Virus record (IMG/VR): IMGVR_UViG_3300044798_000072 | Location: 1-54,748 of that record | Length of the DNA: 54,748 nucleotides | Origin: a virus | Lineage: Duplodnaviria; Caudoviricetes | Reading direction: 5' to 3' (one strand) | Shown here: one piece after another, positions 46,472 through 54,748 of the stretch | Layout of the letters: each line of letters starts with the position of its first letter | Position numbering within the stretch: the stretch's first letter is position 1 | Position numbers and translations under genes: made by a program | Notes under the pieces: model-generated | Database searches by the model: none | Told to the model about the DNA's origin: nothing | Seen by the model: only the letters and a program-made list of their open reading frames with translations

Positions 46472-46740
46472 AACTCCCCCTCCTGATTCTAACCCTCTGC
46501 CTGAGCACGTTGTTGGGCTGCGGGCGTGAATCTGCGAAAATCGAGACGCATCCGACACCGAACGGCCAGTGGAGTCCGCCAGTGTCGTCAATGACTCTCG
46601 ACGACCTCAAAGGACTGACAGGGCTGCAACCAACAAACGGAACGCTCCAAGAAATAGTCATCTGGACAAATGCGGAAAACACCAAGGCGCTCGGAATAAC
46701 CAGAGACGGTGGAATCTGGTTTCGCATGAAACTGGAATAG
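46468..46740 (+). CDS. Putative lipoprotein
   Basis: MKLPLLILTLCLSTLLGC lipobox. Confidence 0.65.
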   Translation: MKLPLLILTLCLSTLLGCGRESAKIETHPTPNGQWSPPVSSMTLDDLKGLTGLQPTNGTLQEIVIWTNAENTKALGITRDGGIWFRMKLE

Positions 46741-46756
46741 CGGCCCAACAACTGAT

Positions 46757-47167
46757 ATGCGAACAGCCTTGATTATATCGGCGCTTGCCATCGCCCTGCC
46801 CTGCTTCGGCCAGAGCAGCATGGAGCGGAGGCTGGTGTGCCTTGCGATGGTGGAAACTGGTTGCAATGACATGGCTATTGGGCCAAGCGGAGAGCGGGGG
46901 AGATACCAAGAAACGCTTGCGGTTTTCAAAGAGTTCAACCCAACAAACTGCTGGCAGTTTTATTACGGACTAACCAATGCCGACTTCGCCAGATTGCAGG
47001 CCGAGGGAGTGATGCTAAACCGGCTGCATCGCTATGGGCGCGTTGCAACTGACACCGAGTTTTACCTTCTTTGGCATCGCCCAGCACGTCCAAACCACCC
47101 AAAACCAGCCGAGAAAGACCGCGCCTTGCGGTTCCAAAACCTATGCCTATCGAAAACAGCCAACTAA
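46757..47167 (+). CDS. Secreted lysozyme-like/lytic transglycosylase protein
   Basis: Signal peptide then LAMVETG...AIGPSGERGRYQ. Confidence 0.65.
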   Translation: MRTALIISALAIALPCFGQSSMERRLVCLAMVETGCNDMAIGPSGERGRYQETLAVFKEFNPTNCWQFYYGLTNADFARLQAEGVMLNRLHRYGRVATDTEFYLLWHRPARPNHPKPAEKDRALRFQNLCLSKTAN

Positions 47168-47406
47168 GCGATAAAATAGCATCAAAACGAGCAGAGAGAC
47201 TTTCAACGTGTCCTTCATCGTGGAGGGGCATCCTAAGACGTTCTTGGCTCGGAAAGAGTCGAAAAACCGCTATCGCCGCGTTTTGTGGTGAGTGCTTAGG
47301 ATTCGACCGACAAGGAATAGCCGATTGTACCGGATTTGCCTGTTCACTCTACCATTTCAGGCCATTCCAGAAAAACGCTGGGAAAAAACCGCCCGCAAAA
47401 CCATAA
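47143..47406 (+). CDS. Zn-binding hypothetical protein
   Basis: AIAAFCGECLG...C...CSLYHFRP. Confidence 0.65.
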   Translation: MPIENSQLSDKIASKRAERLSTCPSSWRGILRRSWLGKSRKTAIAAFCGECLGFDRQGIADCTGFACSLYHFRPFQKNAGKKPPAKP

Positions 47407-47425
47407 CCCCCGACACCACTGACAA

Positions 47426-47617
47426 ATGAAAAAGAATAAACGCTACCTAGTTTATGACACGGAATCAATGGGATGGACAATCGGAGACCCTGAATTGGTC
47501 GAGGTGAAGTGCCTTGAGATTTCAAAAAAAGGCATGGTCAAACTGCTCTATCCCATCAGTGGAATGACGCAATGGGAAAGACAGGGACGTTTCAACATAT
47601 TTGAAACGCTGGCATGA
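47426..47617 (+). CDS. Hypothetical protein
   Basis: 63 aa. Confidence 0.55.
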   Translation: MKKNKRYLVYDTESMGWTIGDPELVEVKCLEISKKGMVKLLYPISGMTQWERQGRFNIFETLA

Positions 47618-47757
47618 AAATCCACATGCTTCACATCGGCCAAAGCCATGAAATGCCCTGTATGCGGTAAAAACGATTGCGCCTTTATCCTATGGATACA
47701 GGGCATTAAAAAATCACGGAAAGGGAAGAAACCGACCCGACAACGAAAGGACGGCAA

Positions 47758-48117
47758 ATGAGCTATTGCAGATTCAGCAGCGATAATTGGAAATCCGATG
47801 TTTACGCATGGGCGGATTGTGGTGGCGGATACCGAACCGAAGTTGCGGCGAATCGGATTGTCGGTGACGTTCCACCTATTCCGCGCTTTGACAGCGTTTC
47901 AAAAGAGGAATTCATTGCCGCCATGAAGGCGCAATCCGAATTTTTGGATGACTGCAAACGCGAGAACATCGGGTTGTCCCGCGATGGCCAAGGATTCCAT
48001 GACGACACTCCCCAAGAATTGCTTGAGCGATTTTTGAGTCTGCGGGAAGAAGGCTATCATGTTCCAGATTCTGCCATCGAATGTGTCCGCGAAGAAGTGC
48101 TTGAACAAATGAAATGA
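47758..48117 (+). CDS. Hypothetical protein
   Basis: MSYCRFSSD...SDVY; GYHVP. Confidence 0.7.
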   Translation: MSYCRFSSDNWKSDVYAWADCGGGYRTEVAANRIVGDVPPIPRFDSVSKEEFIAAMKAQSEFLDDCKRENIGLSRDGQGFHDDTPQELLERFLSLREEGYHVPDSAIECVREEVLEQMK

Positions 48118-48296
48118 AAATCCACCTTCTGCATATCGGCAAGACGATTCCCAAGCGGCTGTTGTCTCACGGATGGCGTGAAACTGGCCATTCAATCCAT
48201 CACGGGCATGGACTTTGGACGTTCCGGCTTGAGAAGGAAAAGGCGGCGATAAAAAACAACCAAGTAAAATACCCAGTCAGGCGCGGTCGTCTTTGA
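48114..48296 (+). CDS. Hypothetical protein
   Basis: Last gene of plus arm, converges on 48277. Confidence 0.5.
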   Translation: MKIHLLHIGKTIPKRLLSHGWRETGHSIHHGHGLWTFRLEKEKAAIKNNQVKYPVRRGRL

Positions 48297-48708
48297 AGGC
48301 TCCCGCACCACCAATCGAGACGCCAGCAAAAATAGCATCCATCTGCAACCTCTCAAACGCAGTCGGATTCGGCTTGATGCTCTGCATCGCTTCGAGCAGC
48401 AGGCCGTTGCATTGCTGTTCGTTCAATCCGGCGAGTTGCGTTGATCCGTCAGGCAGGACAATCAAAAGCATGTTCCTGAAAGCGGAATCGTGCATGATGG
48501 TTGGCAGCGACCACCATCCGGTCGGAATCAGGTAAAGCGGCGGCCCCCACAAGACTTTTGGAATTGAAGCGAAATCGGTTGGCTGCGCGTATGGAATTCG
48601 ATAGTGAGTTCCGTCCCGCGCAACGTAATCCACTGGCTTGACCAGCTTCGACACGCTGTAATCAATGCACTGGATTGTCTCGAAATCAACCGTGTTGAAT
48701 CCAATCAT
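48277..48708 (-). CDS. DUF1353-like protein
   Basis: TDFASIP...IMHD...GVSIGG. Confidence 0.75.
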   Translation of the reverse strand: MIGFNTVDFETIQCIDYSVSKLVKPVDYVARDGTHYRIPYAQPTDFASIPKVLWGPPLYLIPTGWWSLPTIMHDSAFRNMLLIVLPDGSTQLAGLNEQQCNGLLLEAMQSIKPNPTAFERLQMDAIFAGVSIGGAGAFKDDRA

Positions 48709-48781
48709 ATCCTATTTTTGGTAATAATATACCTGTTACAACATGGCCATTATCGGCCATTTGGCCCGGCGTGACCTGATT

Positions 48782-48952
48782 TCAACGGTGCTTTTTGGCT
48801 TCCCGTTTTCTAAAGTTGCCGGCCTGAAATTCAGCCAACTGTTTGTCCGATTCCGCCTTGGTGTTTGACAACACATTCCTGACGGCTCTTTTGAAGCCGT
48901 CAAACGAAACCAGCGGAATACCGTCGGCTGATTGATGTTTTTTGCCGCTCAT
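48782..48952 (-). CDS. Small basic IS passenger protein (56 aa)
   Basis: Manually translated MSGKKHQSADGIPLVSFDGFKRAVRNVLSNTKAESD... Confidence 0.55.
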   Translation of the reverse strand: MSGKKHQSADGIPLVSFDGFKRAVRNVLSNTKAESDKQLAEFQAGNFRKREAKKHR

Positions 48953-48961
48953 CAAATCATT

Positions 48962-49531
48962 TCACCATTTTACCACAAAATTTAATAAGACTTTTAAAAA
49001 ACCCGACTTTTCTATCCTTTCCCTTCTTAAAATTTTAATTGGTTCTCCATAAGCGGGGTATCTTCCGTTTAGGCATTCAAGCGTCGTATGTTCAATAATT
49101 GCATGTCTGCCGAGTTTGCTTCGCCAGTTGCCATTTATCGTTTGTCTGGCAGCATGAGTTGGCATTCCCGCAAAAGTATGTGGCGGCGTTCCGATTCGGT
49201 CAAAATAAATAGCCACCTTTTCAAAGTTAGGTTCATCAAGCTTTTCATCGAACTCGTTATATCGTGATTTCAATGAACAAAACATCTCAATAAAAGCAGG
49301 AACGCTTTGTTCTCTAGTCACTCCGTCTGGCCAATAATACAGATAATATGGGTCTGGCCACCACCACCGCGTATTGTCGCCAGCAGCATAGGCAATACAA
49401 TTGTATCTTTTAAGCCTCCACCAGATCATCCATTTAGGCCAACTAACAATGCGATATAATTCTCTAGTTAAGCTAGGGAACAAACCCTTTTCGAGTTTTC
49501 TTGGCAAATACCTTTTAATCCAAATACCCAT
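48962..49531 (-). CDS. Passenger protein with putative papain-like Cys-His dyad
   Basis: YNCIAYAA...THAARQ...WRSKLG. Confidence 0.6.
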   Translation of the reverse strand: MGIWIKRYLPRKLEKGLFPSLTRELYRIVSWPKWMIWWRLKRYNCIAYAAGDNTRWWWPDPYYLYYWPDGVTREQSVPAFIEMFCSLKSRYNEFDEKLDEPNFEKVAIYFDRIGTPPHTFAGMPTHAARQTINGNWRSKLGRHAIIEHTTLECLNGRYPAYGEPIKILRRERIEKSGFLKVLLNFVVKW

Positions 49532-49916
49532 TCTCTTTTCCCCATTTCAACCAAGCATCTCTCATCTTTTTTAAATTTCCCGCATCCTCTGGCTTAACTG
49601 GCGAAGCTTTTGTGAGCGCCCTTAATGCAGTAAACCAGTGATTTGTTTCCTTTTTCAAATCACGAAGAATAAATTTAATAGCCGGTTGCCCCATTCCTAT
49701 AATATCCAAGTAGTCGGGATGCATGACAATTGCGGAGATCGCAGATTGAAATTTTGTTTCATTTTTCCATCTCTTTGACTTCTGATTAAATTCTGTTTCC
49801 AACTGCGAAATATCAACGGAACCTGCTGGTGCGGCAAATTTCAAGGCGGCATCCGCGTCAGCAAAAAATTCAGTGGCCTCTTTCAGCGTCTTTGGAAACT
49901 CGTTGTTTTCTTTCAT
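49515..49916 (-). CDS. Transposase N-terminal stub fused to helical passenger protein
   Basis: MKENNEFPKTLKEATEFFAD parallels MNNEFPQTLVAAIRHFSD of 34585; rest IIGMG...NHWF.AL...WLKWG unrelated. Confidence 0.7.
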   Translation of the reverse strand: MKENNEFPKTLKEATEFFADADAALKFAAPAGSVDISQLETEFNQKSKRWKNETKFQSAISAIVMHPDYLDIIGMGQPAIKFILRDLKKETNHWFTALRALTKASPVKPEDAGNLKKMRDAWLKWGKENGYLD

Positions 49917-50113
49917 GCCACAAATTTAACACAAATCATTGTTGTGTCAAGTATATTATTACCCTATTTTTCCATTCGATTATCGTGTTGAGGATAAACC
50001 ACCCAACCACAACCGAGCCGAAGATGATTAGGAATATGGCCATATTAAAAACCGGGGCTTTTTCCTCCTTGTTACACAGTAATGTTATACGAAGTGTGCC
50101 CCGGCGATGGAGA

Positions 50114-50704
50114 TTAAAAGCTGAATCTCAGGAGCGGCCCAACATTGGCTTGATTCCAATTCTTGCCACCCATGATGCAATGTTCATAATCACCAACAAT
50201 GCCAACTGTCAGGGATTTCTTGCCCCATATCCAAGTGTGGAAGTTGATTAAACCACCCGGCCCGGCGCTTCCATAAAGCGATGACTTTCCTAAGCCGGTC
50301 GAGGCTTCGAGAAACTCGGTTACACGCACCCCCAATATGGTTTGAGAGACTTGCAGCTGGGCCTGAACTCCCGCCGTGATTTGCATTCCGTTCATTTCCT
50401 CAGCCCTGACACCTGCCCAAAAGTTAGGCGTTACGGCGTAGAGAACCGCACCACCATACCCCCACTTCTTGTCCGTGAGGTCGTATGAGATATACGGGAT
50501 TGCAGCCCAATTTGTTTGGCCACCAAGGTCAACATTTGTTCCGCTGGATGACGTTAGCGCCGTCCAGATTTCGCTCAACCCACCAAAAAGGGACGGAGCA
50601 GCATTTGTCGAGGGCGCATTGGTTTGCGCTTGAACTGTGAATGCGGCCAGCGCGGCCAGTGCAACTACTAATTTGCTACTAAATTTCCAACTATTAGTTT
50701 TCAT
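50114..50704 (-). CDS. Putative outer-membrane beta-barrel protein
   Basis: Signal peptide (TVQA), alternating amphipathic strands, terminal LRFSF. Confidence 0.6.
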   Translation of the reverse strand: MKTNSWKFSSKLVVALAALAAFTVQAQTNAPSTNAAPSLFGGLSEIWTALTSSSGTNVDLGGQTNWAAIPYISYDLTDKKWGYGGAVLYAVTPNFWAGVRAEEMNGMQITAGVQAQLQVSQTILGVRVTEFLEASTGLGKSSLYGSAGPGGLINFHTWIWGKKSLTVGIVGDYEHCIMGGKNWNQANVGPLLRFSF

Positions 50705-50749
50705 AGAATTAAAGGTTACTGCGTTTTCGTTTAATTTGCCAGCGTGAAA

Positions 50750-51040
50750 TTAAAGGATGGGCGGTGGCGGATTGGTTGGCGCGGCTGCCAGCGGAGCGGC
50801 AGAGGCATCCGGCCCAATAAGGTTGATTTTGTCAATTGCAACGGCATTCTTTTCAGAGTTGGCGGCATCGCCAGCAGAAATAAACCCAATGCCACCGAGA
50901 ATGGACATTATGGTTGCGCCACAGTCCACTTCTGTCAGCGCATGGTGCATCAGGGCATAGACAAGATGAACGAGTCCAAGCACAATCATTCCAACTCCAA
51001 CGCAGGATGTTTTCCAATGAGAGAATAGTTTTTGAATCAT
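50750..51040 (-). CDS. Holin-like membrane protein
   Basis: HWKTS..G motif, two TM segments. Confidence 0.6.
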   Translation of the reverse strand: MIQKLFSHWKTSCVGVGMIVLGLVHLVYALMHHALTEVDCGATIMSILGGIGFISAGDAANSEKNAVAIDKINLIGPDASAAPLAAAPTNPPPPIL

Positions 51041-51044
51041 AATT

Positions 51045-51416
51045 TCAATTTGGTTTGTTTTTCTTGCCAAGTTCGTCCAACAGCATTCGCAGATTTTGTG
51101 CATGGCCTTCAGCCAATTCCCTGACCAGCTTCGAGTTGTTGTCGGCCAGTTCCTTCGTCACCAATGCGTTGCTGGAAATGCGGTGTTCGGTTGCCAGTCG
51201 CTCGCCTTCCACCATCTTCAACATCGTTTGGCTGTTTTCTTTCGACTGGCGATATAAAAAATAAACGCAGATGACACACACCGCGCCGAGAATTGTCGTC
51301 AATGGCCAGTGTGCCAAGGCATTTAATGTGCCGGGGTCAGTGGGCAATCCGCCTTCGATGCTCGCTCCCATCCCTGTAAAAGCTGCCAGAAACGATAAAT
51401 ACTTCATTTTATCCAT
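51045..51416 (-). CDS. Holin/antiholin-like membrane protein
   Basis: Hydrophobic segments followed by coiled coil. Confidence 0.5.
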   Translation of the reverse strand: MDKMKYLSFLAAFTGMGASIEGGLPTDPGTLNALAHWPLTTILGAVCVICVYFLYRQSKENSQTMLKMVEGERLATEHRISSNALVTKELADNNSKLVRELAEGHAQNLRMLLDELGKKNKPN

Positions 51417-51529
51417 TCACCCTTTCGTTGAGGCTGATGGCGATGAACAGTTGGAGGGTGCGGGTCATGTGCTGGTCAGTTGTTCAATTGCACAACGCTC
51501 GACGGCGGCTCTTTTTGGAGTAAAAGTTT

Positions 51530-51961
51530 TCATGGCTGGTAGATCCTTTTTTTCGAAGGAGTGGTCAGCGCATAGCCGGAGATCATGTTTGAGACCGAAT
51601 TGCTGGCGCGCACGGCGAAGAAACCCCTCTGGCCGTTAGTCACGGTGAAGGTGTAGCCGTTCGTTCTCACAATCGCAACAACCGGCCAGTTGGTGGGAGC
51701 GCCAGGCAACAAGTTAATATTTGACTGTACCCAAAACGTGGTGTTGGAATCGGTCGGGTAATCCCAAACGAAAACCTTTTTGGAAAACTGATACGCCGGG
51801 CGGGGCGGATGACTTTGCTGCATCAACGCGAATGACTGCTTGGCGTTGACTGGCGCGGACTTCTTGACTGCCTTGGGTGGTGTCAGGCTTGTCGCGCCAA
51901 TGGCCTGCGTCACGCAGCCGGCGAGCAGCAGCAAACAGAAAATGGTGAGCGTGCGGGTCAT
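51530..51961 (-). CDS. Lipoprotein with Ig/FN3-like C-terminal domain
   Basis: LLAGC lipobox; WDYP...VQSNINL...TNW...FFAVRA. Confidence 0.65.
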   Translation of the reverse strand: MTRTLTIFCLLLLAGCVTQAIGATSLTPPKAVKKSAPVNAKQSFALMQQSHPPRPAYQFSKKVFVWDYPTDSNTTFWVQSNINLLPGAPTNWPVVAIVRTNGYTFTVTNGQRGFFAVRASNSVSNMISGYALTTPSKKRIYQP

Positions 51962-51964
51962 GGG

Positions 51965-52291
51965 TCAATGATTCCGTATATACACGACATCCCCCCACCA
52001 AACTCCGCTGTTGGTTGTGACCTGCGATGTGCTGGTAAAAGCATTGGCCCAGTTGGTTCCCCCGCCGGTTCCTTTGGCGTTGGCATCAATGTACCACTTC
52101 CGGAAAACGCGCTTCCAGCCGGGAGGTCGCATGGCCAAAGCATCAACCCGATTGGTTCCTACCAGATAAATGACCATTCCGGTTGAATTGGTTCTCACCG
52201 GGGTGACTGGAAGCGGCCCACTTGGAGCCGTGAACTCTGCCGCTAAAACAGCAAACCCAAGGAGCGTGAAAGAAAGAATCGTTTTTTTCAT
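51965..52291 (-). CDS. Secreted protein ending in a beta-helix N-cap stub
   Basis: Signal peptide; WYIDANAKGTGGGTNWANAF...GDVVYI then stop. Confidence 0.6.
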   Translation of the reverse strand: MKKTILSFTLLGFAVLAAEFTAPSGPLPVTPVRTNSTGMVIYLVGTNRVDALAMRPPGWKRVFRKWYIDANAKGTGGGTNWANAFTSTSQVTTNSGVWWGDVVYIRNH

Positions 52292-52309
52292 GGTGATATT
52301 TGGTTGGGG

Positions 52310-54532
52310 TCATTGATTGGTTGTCCAAGTTACAGCGCCAGAAACGCCGATGTGCGGATAGATTGGCCAATTTGTGACGGATAAAGTTGCAGCATTAATG
52401 TTTGTCAGCCCGGAACCGTTGCCGGTGAAGGTGCCGGTGAATGCCCCTGTGTAATTTGTGCTGCTTCCATCCCAGACATAATCCGGTTTTGGAATCTGCG
52501 TATACACCCCGGCAGCCGTCAAAGAATAATTGGTCATCGGCACCATGCCGGATCCTGACCGATTTGCTACATTGTAAACACGAAGCGGTTCGGCAGATAT
52601 AAATACCATAGGACGCCCGACGGTTTCAAAAGTAACCTGACTCAACTCGTTGGTCGCGTAAATAGCCGCTGAACCATCAACACAAATCCCTGACAGGCCA
52701 CCAAAAAAGTGCAGATTGTGAAACCCACAGTTGCCGCCGTTGTTGAGTATCATTCCTGCGCCTGAAAACATTTCCAGCGCCGTAGGCGGACGCAAAACAA
52801 ATGAAGGAAAGCTGGTAGAGTCGTTGGTTGTCCATGAGTTTGTGAACACTCCCGAAGTAATCTGAGAAGCGGCTACAACGTGAAGGTTTGCCATTTGGAT
52901 GTGTTCGGTGTTCGCAAATATATTAACTGCGGCACCCTCTAAGTATCCATCGTGAACGTCAACATATCCAGCCTGAGAACCATCAACCATTAACCCAAGC
53001 ATTCCTGGTGGCGTTAAAGTTGGGATGACCCCTTGAACAATGGTTCCATTAGTAATATATCCATACCAACCGATGAAGAAATCATGCAGCGTTGTTGTCT
53101 GTGGCAACCCATCCAAACAAACAGCAACCGATTTCGCTCCAACATTCGAGAAGCAAAGCGCCATGTTCCCAGCCTCCCAATGTGCACGAGGCATAGTGAG
53201 ACTCGTGCCGTACTGACTGGCAATGCAAAGCACGTTGCTGTCGCCGATAATGGTAGTTGTCGGGAAACCAGAACCGTTTAACACAAAATTGAATGGGATA
53301 TGGTCAGGGATGAAGTATCCAGCAGGATTGTAGAACACTCCCGGCCCCAACTCAAAGCGTCCACCACAAGAACGGTTCAAATTCCAACAGACAAAAACAT
53401 CGTGATAACCGGACAGTTTTGTGACTGTCGGTGGCGTAGTCATTCCGACTGGCAAGGCATTAATCTGTGTCCACGGGCCGGTTATCTGGTCAGCCCCAAA
53501 GAAGTTTGTCATGCTATCCGGGGTATCAGATATAGTGAACTTCGGCGAAGCGCTAAGGTTAAATGCAATACAATAGCCATTTGAACTTATCAGGGTCACC
53601 CAGGGGTTTCCGGTGCCGGGAGTCCCGAAAGCATCGGAGTCACTTGATAGATAATAATTCGTGTTGAGCGGAGCATATCCGCAGCCAGTAATTGAGACGC
53701 CGAAGTTCGCGTTGGAAGTAATCCAGCCGGTTGTGTTGTTTGAACTAACAACATCGGAAGATGAAAACTGCTGCGAGTCCAACCACGCCGCAAGCAAAGA
53801 ACCGCCAGCGTAATTTGTGGGGTGCCAGATACCCGTCGGCGATTTCCAGCCATTGGTCAAGACCAAGTAGTAGCCCAACCCAACATCATTCGTCGCCTGT
53901 GTCGCGGTGGTGGCGGAACCGGCTGCGGTCGCATAAGGCGAGTTTGTCACGTCTATATTCGTTACCCCCGTCACTGAGAAATTGCTTGATAAATGATAAA
54001 TCAGGCCATTCGCGCCGTTTGTGCCATTCGTTCCCGGCGTTCCCGTTATCCCCGCCGCGCCGGGGATCAGGTAGTGGATTTCGCCGGGGCTTTTTAACCG
54101 GATATATCCATCGGTATTAGACGGAGAACTGGCATCGGTGAACAGGGCTGCTTTGCCAGCGGGCACATCAAAAGAAGGCACTGATACGGGACTCTGAAAA
54201 CGCACCCCACTTCCGGGATTATTGCTCTCTTGCATCTGGTTGGTGTAAATCCCAATAACTCCATAATCCAATTCAGCAACCCCAGTATTTGTGCAATGAA
54301 AAAGGGCGCTGAGATTTTGAATCGTGACCAATACCCCGACATTATTTGTCCACGGCGTATTCAAAACAAACGCTGTCGAGATATTAGTGGCAACCGTGTT
54401 GGTAATCAGGGACAGAACGTGGGCGTCAGCCATTGCTGGCGTGTTTGTCGTGTAGGCGTTTTGAAGAACCGTGTTGGCCCCCGCAAAACAAAACATGGGC
54501 AGAAACAGCAGCGAGAATAAAAGTTTTTTCAT
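52310..54532 (-). CDS. Signal-peptide-bearing fibre/spike-like protein with beta-helix, copy B
   Basis: MKKLLFSLLFLPMFCFA; collagen-like tract; GGRFELGPGVF...LNGSG...TTI; FTGNGSGLTN. Confidence 0.75.
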   Translation of the reverse strand: MKKLLFSLLFLPMFCFAGANTVLQNAYTTNTPAMADAHVLSLITNTVATNISTAFVLNTPWTNNVGVLVTIQNLSALFHCTNTGVAELDYGVIGIYTNQMQESNNPGSGVRFQSPVSVPSFDVPAGKAALFTDASSPSNTDGYIRLKSPGEIHYLIPGAAGITGTPGTNGTNGANGLIYHLSSNFSVTGVTNIDVTNSPYATAAGSATTATQATNDVGLGYYLVLTNGWKSPTGIWHPTNYAGGSLLAAWLDSQQFSSSDVVSSNNTTGWITSNANFGVSITGCGYAPLNTNYYLSSDSDAFGTPGTGNPWVTLISSNGYCIAFNLSASPKFTISDTPDSMTNFFGADQITGPWTQINALPVGMTTPPTVTKLSGYHDVFVCWNLNRSCGGRFELGPGVFYNPAGYFIPDHIPFNFVLNGSGFPTTTIIGDSNVLCIASQYGTSLTMPRAHWEAGNMALCFSNVGAKSVAVCLDGLPQTTTLHDFFIGWYGYITNGTIVQGVIPTLTPPGMLGLMVDGSQAGYVDVHDGYLEGAAVNIFANTEHIQMANLHVVAASQITSGVFTNSWTTNDSTSFPSFVLRPPTALEMFSGAGMILNNGGNCGFHNLHFFGGLSGICVDGSAAIYATNELSQVTFETVGRPMVFISAEPLRVYNVANRSGSGMVPMTNYSLTAAGVYTQIPKPDYVWDGSSTNYTGAFTGTFTGNGSGLTNINAATLSVTNWPIYPHIGVSGAVTWTTNQ

Positions 54533-54747
54533 ACAATTTGACTCCATCCGTTGACGTATCCCCATACGATTTTGTTTACATCAATCACAACACTGGCCAG
54601 ATTAGGCGGATTTAATATCGGTGGCCCGGCATAATTTATTGAATCTGGCGCTCCTTCCACTCCCGTGCCGCCATTGCTTGCCCCATACAGGACGCAGAGC
54701 ATTATGTCGCGCGGTGAAAGTCTGTCGTATCCGGCGGCAATGGCATC
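54529..54747 (-). CDS. Partial small protein paralogous to 1076..1339
   Basis: Manually translated ...DAIAAGYDRLSPRDIMLCVL...VIDVNKIVWGYVNGWSQIV; ATGA overlap with copy B. Confidence 0.7.
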   Translation of the reverse strand, partial: DAIAAGYDRLSPRDIMLCVLYGASNGGTGVEGAPDSINYAGPPILNPPNLASVVIDVNKIVWGYVNGWSQIV

Positions 54748-54748
54748 G

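Larger units (their letters stand above)
48720..49963 (-). mobile_element. Non-autonomous IS1595-family element with passenger genes
   Basis: 24-bp TIRs (21/24 match, first 13 perfect GGTAATAATATAC); 8-bp TSD CTATTTTT at 48712-48719 and 49964-49971; AT-rich interior. Confidence 0.92.

Noticed and set aside
1-54748. Integrase, repressor, DNA or RNA polymerase genes
   Set aside because: None recognisable; lifestyle cannot be determined from this window

Overview
Near-complete (~54 kb) tailed dsDNA phage genome of podovirus-like organisation. The host is probably Verrucomicrobiota (inference from TN-rich exported proteins). Minus-strand late arm (1-26664, continuing at 48277-54748 if circular): tail, ejection, portal, scaffold, GroES and major capsid genes, with a glycosyltransferase/methyltransferase cassette, a homospermidine-synthase-like gene, holin-like genes and several signal-peptide-bearing proteins. 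Plus-strand arm (26740-48296): terminase, early genes, exonuclease, replication initiator, DnaB and RusA. The most striking feature is an integron-like array of 11 attC-type sites (37113-41813) with no integrase in the window. Its genes are read antisense to canonical cassette orientation, usually start inside the attC hairpin and often stop at the crossover triplet; ten of the 11 units have complementary ends (6-13 bp). A twelfth, solo cassette sits inside the head operon. Two transposase-defective IS1595-family elements carry passenger genes. All calls are from manual motif recognition; no database searches were run.
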